Positions 35,233 to 44,344 of a stretch of 64,000 nucleotides of DNA are shown here, in pieces; the stretch's first letter is position 1, and the number at the start of each line of letters is the position of its first letter. A model generated the notes under the pieces. It was not told the origin of the DNA and ran no database searches. It was given only the letters and a program-made list of their open reading frames with translations. The position numbers and the translations under genes were made by a program. The stretch spans positions 320,001-384,000 of the forward strand of contig OZ252100.1 in NCBI GenBank assembly GCA_965248435.1, written 5' to 3'. This DNA comes from Candidatus Latescibacterota bacterium (lineage in GTDB: Bacteria; Latescibacterota; UBA2968; GCA-2709665).

Positions 35233-35790
35233 ATGAATACACCCCTGAAAGACAAGGTCGAGATCCTTCCGTATGACCCGGAATGGCCCGAGCGCTTTGA
35301 GCAGCTGGGTTCAGACCTGCGGGACGCCCTTGGAAACGTCGCGCTCCGCATCGACCACATCGGGTCCACCGCCATCCTGGACCTGGCCGCAAAGCCGATC
35401 ATAGACATCCAGATCTCCGTGGCCGCATTCGACCCTGCTGAGGCCTATCAGGCACCTCTCGAGAAACTGGACTACGTCCTACAAAGCGACAACGGGGACC
35501 GATCCAAACGTAATTTCAGAGAAGCTCCCGGGACACGACGGACACACATCCACGTGAAACGGGCCGGCAGCTGGTCGGAGCAGTCCTCGCTCCTGTTTCG
35601 CGACTATCTGAGATGCCACAAAGACCACGCATCCGCCTATGCCTCGGTGAAGCGGCAGCTCGCCGGGAAGTATGGCAGGAGCCGCATCGGCTACACCGAA
35701 GCGAGGACAGAGATCATCTGGGACATCATGAACCGCGCAGACCGGTGGTCTCAGTCGACAGGATGGGAACCCGGACCGTCGGACGCTTGA
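35233..35790 (+). CDS. GrpB family (nucleotidyltransferase-like) protein
   Basis: PYDPEWP, IDHIGSTAI.DLAAKPIIDI, HIHV and LLFRDYLR motifs. Confidence 0.9.
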   Translation: MNTPLKDKVEILPYDPEWPERFEQLGSDLRDALGNVALRIDHIGSTAILDLAAKPIIDIQISVAAFDPAEAYQAPLEKLDYVLQSDNGDRSKRNFREAPGTRRTHIHVKRAGSWSEQSSLLFRDYLRCHKDHASAYASVKRQLAGKYGRSRIGYTEARTEIIWDIMNRADRWSQSTGWEPGPSDA

Positions 35791-35836
35791 ATGCTCGAAG
35801 ACTTATCATCCACCACCCCAAAAAGGAGGATTAGTC

Positions 35837-36274
35837 ATGTCCTTTAGAGTAAAGCTCACCTGTGCAGCCGCTGCAGCCACGCTGGCGATCGCCTGGCTGT
35901 GGCTGCCACAACTCAGCCCGCAGGACGCCTGGGCCGATCAAGGCGCGGCAACGACGCAGTACCTCGTCAAGGGATCCGGGGGTCCGGGGCCGGGAAGCCC
36001 CGAGGAGGCCGTTCAGCTGCTCGAAGGTTTCATCATGCCAACCCTGAATCAGCTCGCGGGGAGCAAGAAGGTCCTGGGGGGCGGCCTTCCGGTAGGGGCT
36101 CGAGCGGTCATGTTCATCATGGAGGCAGCGTCCAATGACGAAGCCGACAAGTTCGTGCGGGGCCTTCCTGCCTGGCATCTGCTGAAATGGAAGGTGATTC
36201 CGCTGCAAAGCTTCAGCGGAAGGGCCGCGATGGAAATGGGCGTGGTTAAGCAGATGAAGGCTGATATGAAGTAG
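35837..36274 (+). CDS. Secreted small protein, YCII/muconolactone-isomerase-like fold
   Basis: AAGGAGG SD, signal peptide, FIMEAASNDEAD..V.GLP.W...WKVIPL pattern. Confidence 0.55.
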   Translation: MSFRVKLTCAAAAATLAIAWLWLPQLSPQDAWADQGAATTQYLVKGSGGPGPGSPEEAVQLLEGFIMPTLNQLAGSKKVLGGGLPVGARAVMFIMEAASNDEADKFVRGLPAWHLLKWKVIPLQSFSGRAAMEMGVVKQMKADMK

Positions 36275-36299
36275 CCTGTGCCTCGCCTGCATCCGACGC

Positions 36300-39173
36300 C
36301 TATTTTCCAAACTCGAGCGCAAACAGAACTAAATCGCCGAATCCGATCACCGAGTTGCCGTCCATGTCGAAGATCGGATCGAACCCCAGCATGTCCGAGG
36401 TCAGCCCGAAGGCCAGGGCGAACATCACAAAATCTGAAAAATCGACGGTGTCGTCTCCGTTGAAATTCCCCGCCCTGATATCCCCCCGGTCCGGCGACTC
36501 CGACAGCACCTCGATCAGCAGGTTGCCTCCAGGATGAATCTTGAACTTGAGCCTCGCCTGGGTCTCCCGTGATCCTACCGCGCCGGGCACATCGGCCCTG
36601 ACCGTCATGAACCCGGACAGAATGTAAGTTCCAGGGGCAGAGGGCAGCGGGAAGGTCTCCTCCACGGCGAGGGAATCCCCTGGAATCAGTTCCTGCTCCC
36701 ACAAGGCTGCGGTGAACTTGAACCGACTCGACCATCGCCACACCTCCCCAATCTCGTCCCCAAGAACAAATTCGTACTCCTGTCCTGAGCGGTGCATAAA
36801 CAGCAACGGATCCTTCGTCAGGTTTTTAACGCGGTATTGGATTCGTCCCACATCTGTGTCAAACTCAACTTCCAGCGATGCGTCCACCCTTCCCGTCTGA
36901 GGTGAGCCTGGAAACGGTTCAGGCTGCGGCAACGGAGGAAAGGTATCGTCGATCTTTCCGTCCAGGTCCACGACGAATCTGGTCCAGGCCTCTGTTTCCG
37001 TCTGGTGCACCGCTCCGGAATCTCCCTGTGTCACCGTCATGAAGCCCTTCAACGCGTAACCGCCTTCCACGTCCGCTCCGATGTCCGATAGATGGATCGT
37101 CTCCCGGAAAGCGAAGGTGTCGCTCGGCGCGAGCGTCATCTCTCCGGTCGCCTGGTCGAACAGGAAGCGCGAAGACCACCGCCACAGCCTCCCCTTAGGT
37201 CCGTCAAGCACCAGGTCGTATCGCTGTCCGGACGGGAACATCAGGTTGACCGGATCGGAAGATGTATTGATCAATCGGTAAGAGACGCGCACCGAATCCT
37301 CAGGTTTGTAGACCTGGCGGTCGACCTTCAGATCGGCCTGCAGCCGATCGGGCGAACCGGGTCCGGGAACGACAATGTCGCCGTCCACCGAGAACTTCAC
37401 GGACCCTTCGGTCTCTTCCCGCGAGACAGCACCGTCCGCGTCCGGACTGACGGCCAGGAATCCTGTCAGGAGATAGGTTTCTCCCGGTATCGCCCAACCC
37501 TCCCAGAGCGGCAACGACGCCTTGAACTCGAACGACTCCCCGGGCGCCAGTTCCCGGTCGCTCAGCACCTGGATGAACAGCTTGCCGTCCGACCACTGCC
37601 AGACCTTCCCTCCGGGCCCGTCCAGCACAAGGTCGAACTCCTGTCCCGAACGGAACTGCAGCGTTTGCGCCTGGTCCGTCAGGTTGGTCAGCCGGTAGCG
37701 CACGCTCACCGAATCTCCGACCGGGTAGGTCTCCTTCTCCGTCGCCATCTCCACGCGAAACCGTTCGTGATCGATCGTATGGGTGTTGATAAACTCACCT
37801 TCGGCGACCGGCTTCAGCTCCACTTCCACGCGATTGTCACCCGCATCCAGACTGACCGGCAGGGTTGCAGAATGATATCCGCGTCTGCTCGCGGTGAGCA
37901 GATACTCGCCCGGAATCAGGCCACTGAGCGTAAACCGCCCTGTCGGATCGGTCCACCCGACCGAAGCAGAAGCGATCGAAATCGTCTCCGCATCCGGCTG
38001 CGATTGCAGCTGCACGAGCACACTCTCCAGAAGGGTGCCGTCATCTGCTCGCACCTCTCCGTCGAGTCGCGCCCGGTCCGGCTGGCCAAGGACCGTCAGG
38101 GTCACCGCCACCTCGGTATCGATCGCGTCGACTGTCTCGCCTTCAAACGCACGAGTCGGCAGGAAGCCGGTCAGCGTGTAGGTCCCCTCGGCAACCGTCA
38201 CCGCCTGAAGGTCCAGCACCTCCTCGAACGCTCCAGACTCCCCTATCTTCAGGTCGAACTGCGTGAGCGCGTCCCCGAAGCCCCGCGTCTCAGACCATGT
38301 CCAGACCCGCTGCCCTTCCGAGTTGTCGAGCGTGAATTCGATCTGCTGTGTGGAAGTGAACTGGAAGGTGGCGTCATCCCGCTCCACCGAGGTCACCTGG
38401 TAGTGGAGGTGAACGATGTCGCCCTGAACGTAGACTGAGGTATCCGAGGCCACTTCGTAGCGAATCCCGTCGCTCTCGATCACGGACCGGTTCCCGAACG
38501 CCTCGCCCGGGATCACCGGGAACGGCCCCGGGCGCGGGTCGACCGACCCGCCCGACGTGGAGTCCGACGGCGATCCGCCCGGGGTCTGTCCCGAACCCCC
38601 GAGGAACGCGAGCTCGAACGCCTGCGGACCGGCGATGTTCTGCTCGACCCATTTCACCACGCCTACATCCGGCGCGAACCAGATTCCCGTCAACCCCGCG
38701 TCGGCCAGCTGAGGGTCCGGGTCCAGCGCCAGATGGATGCAGTCTTTGAACGTCCCGAGGGGCACCTCGACCTCTGCCGTCCGGCTCTGGAACGTCATCA
38801 CCGTGCCACCCAGCAGGTTCTCGTCCTCGGTCTTGGGGATCGTCCAGGAGGTGCCCACCTCGGCCCCGAGATCGAACAGCAGGCGCCAGGTTCCCTCTCG
38901 CAATTCCATCACCTTCATATCCGCGTCCTGTCGGACCGTTCTCTTCCCCTCTATCCCGTCCCAGACGTAAGCCGGACCTTCGCTCGTCTCGACGACCTCC
39001 GAAATGCTCACCAGACGGGCGATCTCGAGCGGATTTCCTCCGTAGGTCCACGTCGCACCTTCGAGCGGAAAGTAGTCCACACCTTCCGCGATCTGGGTCG
39101 CGCTGAACACAAAAACGACCGCCGCAACCCACGCGCCGGTCCGTGTGCCCACGAAACTGCAATACATGCTCAT
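36300..39173 (-). CDS. Large secreted protein: 4 BsuPI-like Ig domains, carboxypeptidase-regulatory-like domain, C-terminal EF-hand/dockerin-like tag
   Basis: Four 'F.SGQ.(Y/F)(D/E)..L....G..VWxWS....F' units; GRFTLSGLIPGEYLLTASRRGY; NFNGDDTVDFSDFVMFA..FDMDGNSVIGFGDLVLFA. Confidence 0.8.
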   Translation of the reverse strand: MSMYCSFVGTRTGAWVAAVVFVFSATQIAEGVDYFPLEGATWTYGGNPLEIARLVSISEVVETSEGPAYVWDGIEGKRTVRQDADMKVMELREGTWRLLFDLGAEVGTSWTIPKTEDENLLGGTVMTFQSRTAEVEVPLGTFKDCIHLALDPDPQLADAGLTGIWFAPDVGVVKWVEQNIAGPQAFELAFLGGSGQTPGGSPSDSTSGGSVDPRPGPFPVIPGEAFGNRSVIESDGIRYEVASDTSVYVQGDIVHLHYQVTSVERDDATFQFTSTQQIEFTLDNSEGQRVWTWSETRGFGDALTQFDLKIGESGAFEEVLDLQAVTVAEGTYTLTGFLPTRAFEGETVDAIDTEVAVTLTVLGQPDRARLDGEVRADDGTLLESVLVQLQSQPDAETISIASASVGWTDPTGRFTLSGLIPGEYLLTASRRGYHSATLPVSLDAGDNRVEVELKPVAEGEFINTHTIDHERFRVEMATEKETYPVGDSVSVRYRLTNLTDQAQTLQFRSGQEFDLVLDGPGGKVWQWSDGKLFIQVLSDRELAPGESFEFKASLPLWEGWAIPGETYLLTGFLAVSPDADGAVSREETEGSVKFSVDGDIVVPGPGSPDRLQADLKVDRQVYKPEDSVRVSYRLINTSSDPVNLMFPSGQRYDLVLDGPKGRLWRWSSRFLFDQATGEMTLAPSDTFAFRETIHLSDIGADVEGGYALKGFMTVTQGDSGAVHQTETEAWTRFVVDLDGKIDDTFPPLPQPEPFPGSPQTGRVDASLEVEFDTDVGRIQYRVKNLTKDPLLFMHRSGQEYEFVLGDEIGEVWRWSSRFKFTAALWEQELIPGDSLAVEETFPLPSAPGTYILSGFMTVRADVPGAVGSRETQARLKFKIHPGGNLLIEVLSESPDRGDIRAGNFNGDDTVDFSDFVMFALAFGLTSDMLGFDPIFDMDGNSVIGFGDLVLFALEFGK

Positions 39174-39329
39174 TTCGGCACCTTCTTGTTGCTATTGTGA
39201 GGAATAGTAATCCTCCTTGTCTTTTGGACTCTCCTCGCGTCAGGCGGTTCCCTTCATGTTGTCACAGAGATGGAGCTTCTGTTGTATCGAAAATTCCTTG
39301 ACAAGAGCATATGGGCGACCAACATTGTG

Positions 39330-39455
39330 ATGAATCGCTTGGCGGCGCCTGGGACTTTGCAGCTCCCATTAAGGGAGGGAGCGCCGCGTATTCATGGAAT
39401 TCGAAAACCCGGATGGCATCCCTCTCAGGGACTGTTTCCGGGTTTTGCTGTTTTT
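39330..39455 (+). ncRNA. Candidate structured sRNA/leader with terminator
   Basis: TTGACA at 39298. Nested stems ATGAAT/ATTCAT, GCGGCGC/GCGCCGC and CTCCC/GGGAG, then long hairpin AAAACCCGGA..TCCGGGTTTT with a T-rich tail. Confidence 0.4.
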
Positions 39456-39513
39456 CGAAGGATGCCCGGTTTGCGAGCAAACAGAAATGCGATATGATAC
39501 AGGGAGGGCACGC

Positions 39514-40023
39514 GTGCTCGTGTACTCAGCTGACCTCCCGGCCCGGGGGAGATCGGCACTCACCCCCGGCGCGGAAATACGCATCACGGCGCCGTCTGTT
39601 TTCGAAAGACAGATCGTCGGGCCTCTGATATCGCTGGACGCCGACACCCTGGTGGTGAAATCACTGCTAGAATTCTCGCCCTTGTCGATTCCTCTCGACG
39701 CAGTGAAGAGACTCGAGATAAAGCGTCGAAAAAGCGCGTTTCCAAGCGTGGTGAAGGGCGCCGGAATCGGCTTCCTTGGGGGCGGGGTTCTCGGCCATCT
39801 TTACGATCGCGCAGGGCATCCGGGACTGCCACATATCGACCCCGAGGTCCCTCCTCTGTTCGAATACACGCCTTTTCTGATCATGGCCGGCACCGTCGTC
39901 GGTGCGGTTATCTGGGTTGGTCGCCGCGGCCACCGATGGGAACGCGTTCCCCTTCCACTGCGTGTAGGAATCCATTCTCCGGCATACTCGGGACCTAGGC
40001 TGTCCGCTTCGTTCGCTTTCTGA
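39514..40023 (+). CDS. Hypothetical membrane protein (glycine-zipper-like helices)
   Basis: KGAGIGFLGGGVLG and AGTVVGAVIW segments; GGGAGG before the GTG at 39514. Start uncertain; the ORF is open from 39394. Confidence 0.55.
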   Translation: MLVYSADLPARGRSALTPGAEIRITAPSVFERQIVGPLISLDADTLVVKSLLEFSPLSIPLDAVKRLEIKRRKSAFPSVVKGAGIGFLGGGVLGHLYDRAGHPGLPHIDPEVPPLFEYTPFLIMAGTVVGAVIWVGRRGHRWERVPLPLRVGIHSPAYSGPRLSASFAF

Positions 40024-40047
40024 CCATTCTGACAAACAGGAGGCTGT

Positions 40048-40801
40048 ATGCATCAAATCCAATGCGCTGAGATCTGGGGTGGCATTCGCAACGAACAACA
40101 GGAGGCCTGCTCTTCAGGCATCGTTGCCTCGCTATATTCTTCAGCCAGCGATGGCGGAAAAGGTGGCGACGTCTACTACCAGTGTGTGCGCGTCGGATGC
40201 GCTGACACGCATCGCGATCGCGGACGTGATGGGGCACGGCGAGGCCGTCTCCGAGGTCAGTCAGTTCATCTACGATGCGCTGGGGGCGCACATGAACGAT
40301 GCCTCTGGAGATGAGCTGCTGAAGGAGGTGAATGCGATCGCCGCGGAAAGAGGCATCCAGGCCATGACCACCGCGGCCGTCGTCGCCTTCTTCAAGGAGA
40401 ACAACCATCTTTTTTACGCATACGCCGGCCACTATCCGGTCCTGGTAAAGCGGAAGGGCGGCAGCAACTGGTCCGAGGCGAAGTTGGACGGGCCTGGGGC
40501 AGCAGAACCCACGGCCGGTAAGAACCTGCCCCTGGCCGTGATGTCCGATACTGTCTATACTCAAGACAGCATGCCGCTTGCTTCAGGCGACCGCCTCTTT
40601 CTGTATACGGACGGTGTGATCGAGGCCTTCGATCCAGAGGGTGAATTGTTCGGTAAGGAGCGCCTCAAAGAGGTGCTGGAGGAGCGCGGTGACGCACCGC
40701 TTCCGGAACTCAGTTCATCCATCCTGGATGCGCTGCGAAAGCACACGGGCGGCGAACTGGACCACGACGATGTCACATTCATTGCACTAGAGATTCGCTG
40801 A
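40048..40801 (+). pseudogene. PP2C/SpoIIE-type Ser/Thr phosphatase, frameshifted at about 40180
   Basis: Frame 1 gives MHQIQCAEIWGG..GGDVYY; the +1 frame continues SVCASDALTRIAIADVMGHG..AGH..LYTDGVIE..DDVT. Junction TAC TAC C AGT. Confidence 0.8.
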
Positions 40802-40848
40802 GGTTTCTGACCCGGACTTGCCGGGCAATTCAAAAGGGGAGGCACCAG

Positions 40849-41259
40849 ATGTTAAAGCGAGCCATACTGGCTGTTGTTGTGATTTTCGTCGTCGTGTCGA
40901 TTCTGGACTTCATCATTCACGAAAAGCTGCTTCGGACCACCTACGAGCAGACGCCTCAGCTATGGCGACCCATGGAAGAGTTCAACATGCCGCTGATGTC
41001 TCTTACTACGGTCGTGTTTATTGCCTGCTTCGTGACGATCTATGCAACGATGATTCCCGATAAATCGATCGCGGCAGGCATCAAGCTTGGCGTCCTGATC
41101 GGCGTTGCCTCAGGCTTTTCCATGGGGTTGGGTTCCTATTCCTACATGCCGATCTCTTTGGGACTGGCCTGGAGCTGGTTTATAGCGATGGTGTTCGAGG
41201 TGGGTGTCGCCGGGGCAATCATGGGGGCGATTCTGAAACCTGCAGAAGAAACGGTCTGA
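40849..41259 (+). CDS. Small 4-TM membrane protein (DUF1761-like)
   Basis: GGGGAGG SD; four hydrophobic segments; LWRP motif. Confidence 0.7.
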   Translation: MLKRAILAVVVIFVVVSILDFIIHEKLLRTTYEQTPQLWRPMEEFNMPLMSLTTVVFIACFVTIYATMIPDKSIAAGIKLGVLIGVASGFSMGLGSYSYMPISLGLAWSWFIAMVFEVGVAGAIMGAILKPAEETV

Positions 41260-41267
41260 TATTTACC

Positions 41268-41292
41268 GTAGGGGCACGGCGCGCCGTGCCCT
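41268..41292. repeat. Solitary GTAG-type REP palindrome
   Basis: GTAGGGGCACGGCGCGCCGTGCCCT immediately after a stop, at the left edge of the low-GC island. Confidence 0.75.
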
Positions 41293-41455
41293 CGCACGTG
41301 AGGAATCCTCGCCTGCGCTGCAGAGCGCCGACTTGGAGGAATCTCCTGATCGACTCGGTGCGTGGAAATGAATTTCGCAGATTTCGTGAGCTAGGCCGTA
41401 TTTGGTCGCGAAGCTTAACTCCAGAGCATTACACTCATACAGGAGATGGAGCAGA

Positions 41456-42379
41456 ATGAACTCAATCAGATGGGTATCCGTCCTCGGCGAATTTCACCTC
41501 GAGGGCGGTGACCTAGTGTTCGAGGGAGGCACGACAGAGACTGAAACTGGAACACTCAGATCTGTGGGCAACTTCCTTTCGAATCAGACATTCGGAAACG
41601 GGGAGATTGGCGTCCAAGTTGAGTTTATTAAGTCAGTCGCAAACTCAGCTGCCGGTCTGATCCTCTACTATCAACCAAAGACCAAGGCCTTTGTATCAGC
41701 CACTCTAGGTGGTGGTTCCCTATGTTCGATCGGTACCTGGGTAAATCAGCAGTGGACTCATCATGCTACTCAAGGTCCGGGTGAGCAATTGAAGCCCAAC
41801 CAACCTTACGACCTGAAAGTGAAGGTTCAAGGGTCACAGGTATCGGTATCTCTGGATGAAATCCAAGTCCTGGCTACAGATCTACCTTTCTCAATGCCCA
41901 CGGGGCATGCCGGCATCTGGGCGCTTGGGCCAGACTTGATAAGGTACTCGAACTTCCGTGTGAATGCTCAGGCCTCAGAGATCTTCGTGGTCATGCAGTT
42001 CACAGATTCGTTTAACGAACTCTACTCAGATGTAATTGCACCTATATGCTCCCAGCAGGGCTTTAAGGTTGTACGCGCGGATGAGACCTATGGACCTGGC
42101 GTTATTATCGCCGACATCGTGCGCGAAATCACTGAGGCAAGCATTGTCATAGCTGACATAACGCCCAATAACCCGAATGTGTTTTGGGAAGTGGGATATG
42201 CCCACGCGTTAAGGAAGCCCACCATTCTTATAGCTGAAAGAGGTAGGGACTTACCTTTCGACATTTCTCCTTTTCGCACTCTCTTCTATGACAACACAAT
42301 AGCAGGCAAATCTCGTGTAGAGGAAGGATTGAGGAGGCATCTAAGCGCGATTCAGGAAGAATTGGCAAGAACATCTTGA
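41456..42379 (+). CDS. Concanavalin/DUF1080-like beta-sandwich fused to nucleoside 2-deoxyribosyltransferase-like domain
   Basis: C-terminal FVVMQF..RAD..I..I....IVIADIT..NPNVFWEVGYAHALRKPTILI..LPFD; N-terminal beta-rich part ending GHAGIW..YSNF. Confidence 0.8.
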   Translation: MNSIRWVSVLGEFHLEGGDLVFEGGTTETETGTLRSVGNFLSNQTFGNGEIGVQVEFIKSVANSAAGLILYYQPKTKAFVSATLGGGSLCSIGTWVNQQWTHHATQGPGEQLKPNQPYDLKVKVQGSQVSVSLDEIQVLATDLPFSMPTGHAGIWALGPDLIRYSNFRVNAQASEIFVVMQFTDSFNELYSDVIAPICSQQGFKVVRADETYGPGVIIADIVREITEASIVIADITPNNPNVFWEVGYAHALRKPTILIAERGRDLPFDISPFRTLFYDNTIAGKSRVEEGLRRHLSAIQEELARTS

Positions 42380-42524
42380 CTCGCGTCCAGCTAGAAACGC
42401 CGCCTTACACGTACACTCACGGTCTACGGACATTCGCTCCTCCGCCCAACTTCTCTACGGTAGGTCCGTGGATGCTGGAGAGGTTAATCAAAACCGGTCC
42501 CATCCAGGCTTTGGGATTGCACGA

Positions 42525-43286
42525 ATGAGTGAGATCGGGCAATATACAACTGCGTTCTTTGGCCAGACCTACTGGAAGGAGTTTGAGAGGCGGGACCGCC
42601 TAAATGCCTCTCTGTCGCTTCCTGCGGGTGTAGTTATTCTTCTCGCAGGGGTTGTTGGCTACTACCTTCAGAACTTGCCCGAAGGCACATTGGACCTCTG
42701 GGCGAGATTCTTTGTAGGCTCAGTTGTCGTGCTCTCGCTCTTCTTGCTAATATCTGTATATTTCTTAGTGAGGGCTTATTTTAATCATCGGTACGGTTAC
42801 ATCGCGAGCCCAAAGGAGATTGAAGAGTACATTGATGCTCTATATGAGTATTACCATGAATTAGAACCAGATGATCTCCGAGTGGTTGTTGAGAGCGACT
42901 TTCGGGCTTTTCTCGCGCGAGAGTACGCACGGTGTGGAGCAGTCAATACTAACAACAACGACAGAAAGTCCGGATTTGTACATAGAGCTAATGCGTTCAT
43001 AGTAGCTTCCTTGATAACCCTAGTAGTGAGTTTGTTGCCGTACTTTGTTACCTATTACAGGCAACCCCGCATTCAAAAAATCCAGATTATGAACGAAGGA
43101 GGAGGTGACTATCAAAGTGGAAGATCGACCAAAGAACCAAGCACCTCGGAGCCAGGCCCAGAACCCGCCGCCAAAGCCTCCACCTCCAGCCAAAGAGAAA
43201 CCCAAACCACCAGAAAGTCGGTTTCTCAAGGAGAGCAAAGTGCCACCGAAGCGAAAGTGACGGATAATAGCGACGCACCTAAGTGA
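42525..43286 (+). CDS. Hypothetical 3-TM membrane protein
   Basis: E..RR..L then two TM helices, NxxNNDRKS then a third TM helix, and a low-complexity tail that overlaps a second ORF. Confidence 0.75.
   Translation: MSEIGQYTTAFFGQTYWKEFERRDRLNASLSLPAGVVILLAGVVGYYLQNLPEGTLDLWARFFVGSVVVLSLFLLISVYFLVRAYFNHRYGYIASPKEIEEYIDALYEYYHELEPDDLRVVVESDFRAFLAREYARCGAVNTNNNDRKSGFVHRANAFIVASLITLVVSLLPYFVTYYRQPRIQKIQIMNEGGGDYQSGRSTKEPSTSEPGPEPAAKASTSSQRETQTTRKSVSQGEQSATEAKVTDNSDAPK
43117..43260 (+). CDS. Putative 47-aa Pro/Lys-rich peptide overlapping the preceding gene in the +1 frame
   Basis: SD AAGGAGGAGGTGA; GGAGGTG ends 9 nt before the GTG. Product MEDRPKNQAPRSQAQNPPPKPPPPAKEKPKPPESRFLKESKVPPKRK. Confidence 0.6.
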   Translation: MEDRPKNQAPRSQAQNPPPKPPPPAKEKPKPPESRFLKESKVPPKRK

Positions 43287-43433
43287 AATCCGGCTCTGAG
43301 CGGTCAAAGCCGTGAGGCGGTTCGATTTGGAATTCATAGAGGCCAGCATTCTTTAACAGTACACGGGCGTTGCGGCCACGTTCAGGTACTCCTCGCTCTC
43401 GGTATACCTAGCTTCCTCGCTCGGGTTTCTGAA

Positions 43434-44233
43434 ATGCTAAATTTCGATCAGTCGAGCCTCCTGACCAATCCCGTGAACGCGCTCGGCGATCATCCGTTTG
43501 TCCTAGCAGCTTTTAATGAGCCAGCAAAACTCGCCAATGTCCTCATCAAAGATATAAGCGCGGCCGACCCTGAGTGGAGGCGAGATCCTGATGAATACGA
43601 GTGGTATCTGTTTCAAGTTGGTAGCACGACCGCGCAGCTACTCGACAGCTGTCTACAGCTGTATCACTCTATACACTATCTGAGCTCATTTACTCCAACT
43701 AGCAGGCAAAAGCGGGTAGGCATCACCCGGGCTCACCAGATCCGGTACCATATCCATTCATTCATCATCGGCACCCACTCAACATACGATAGAGTCCTGC
43801 AGCTTGCGGGAACAGTTTTTCATCTCGGCTTGCCTACAAGTAAGGTTGACCACGAGTCCATCATCGCTAATGTTCACGTTAAACACACTAACGTTCCAGA
43901 AAGATTGAGGGCCATCCGAAAGTCATTAAACCTTACTACGATCTCCGGAATGCCATAGTTCACCTAGAGATGTATAGCGATAACCAGCTTCGAAGGCTTC
44001 AACTCTATTACTCTCATGGCATTTCCGAAGCCGAACGAAGAGGCGAACTTGATTCTTTACTCTTTGCTCGGAATGTTAGGAGATGGGCAACAAAGCACTT
44101 TGTTATTAATAAGCAGGCCGAATACGTGCAAGCTTTGGACGACATATGCTCAGCAATAGCTCTCCTATTTGATGAATTCGATGGGGTCTTTGCTTCTCAA
44201 AAAGCAAGGTTGAATCTATGGGTTAACAATTAG
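43434..44233 (+). pseudogene. HEPN-domain protein (Cthe_2314-like), split by a -1 frame change at 43919-43921
   Basis: The -1 frame from CGA-AAG reads K-VIKPYYDL-RNAIVH (RxxxxH, 43946-43963) and joins ORF 43970-44233. Confidence 0.75.
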
Positions 44234-44344
44234 CGTGGACATTGACACGTGCGTACATCTTCCTCTAATTTCTCTCAGGGTCGCAGAAATACTCCCATTC
44301 ATATTGTCCGGGTATCTATCTACTCAGAAGTCGCAGCAACATCA

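Noticed and set aside
39330-39395. Known riboswitch (ZTP, c-di-GMP, guanidine, fluoride)
   Set aside because: Only fragmentary resemblance (GCCTGGG); order and consensus elements do not fit, so it is kept as an unclassified candidate.
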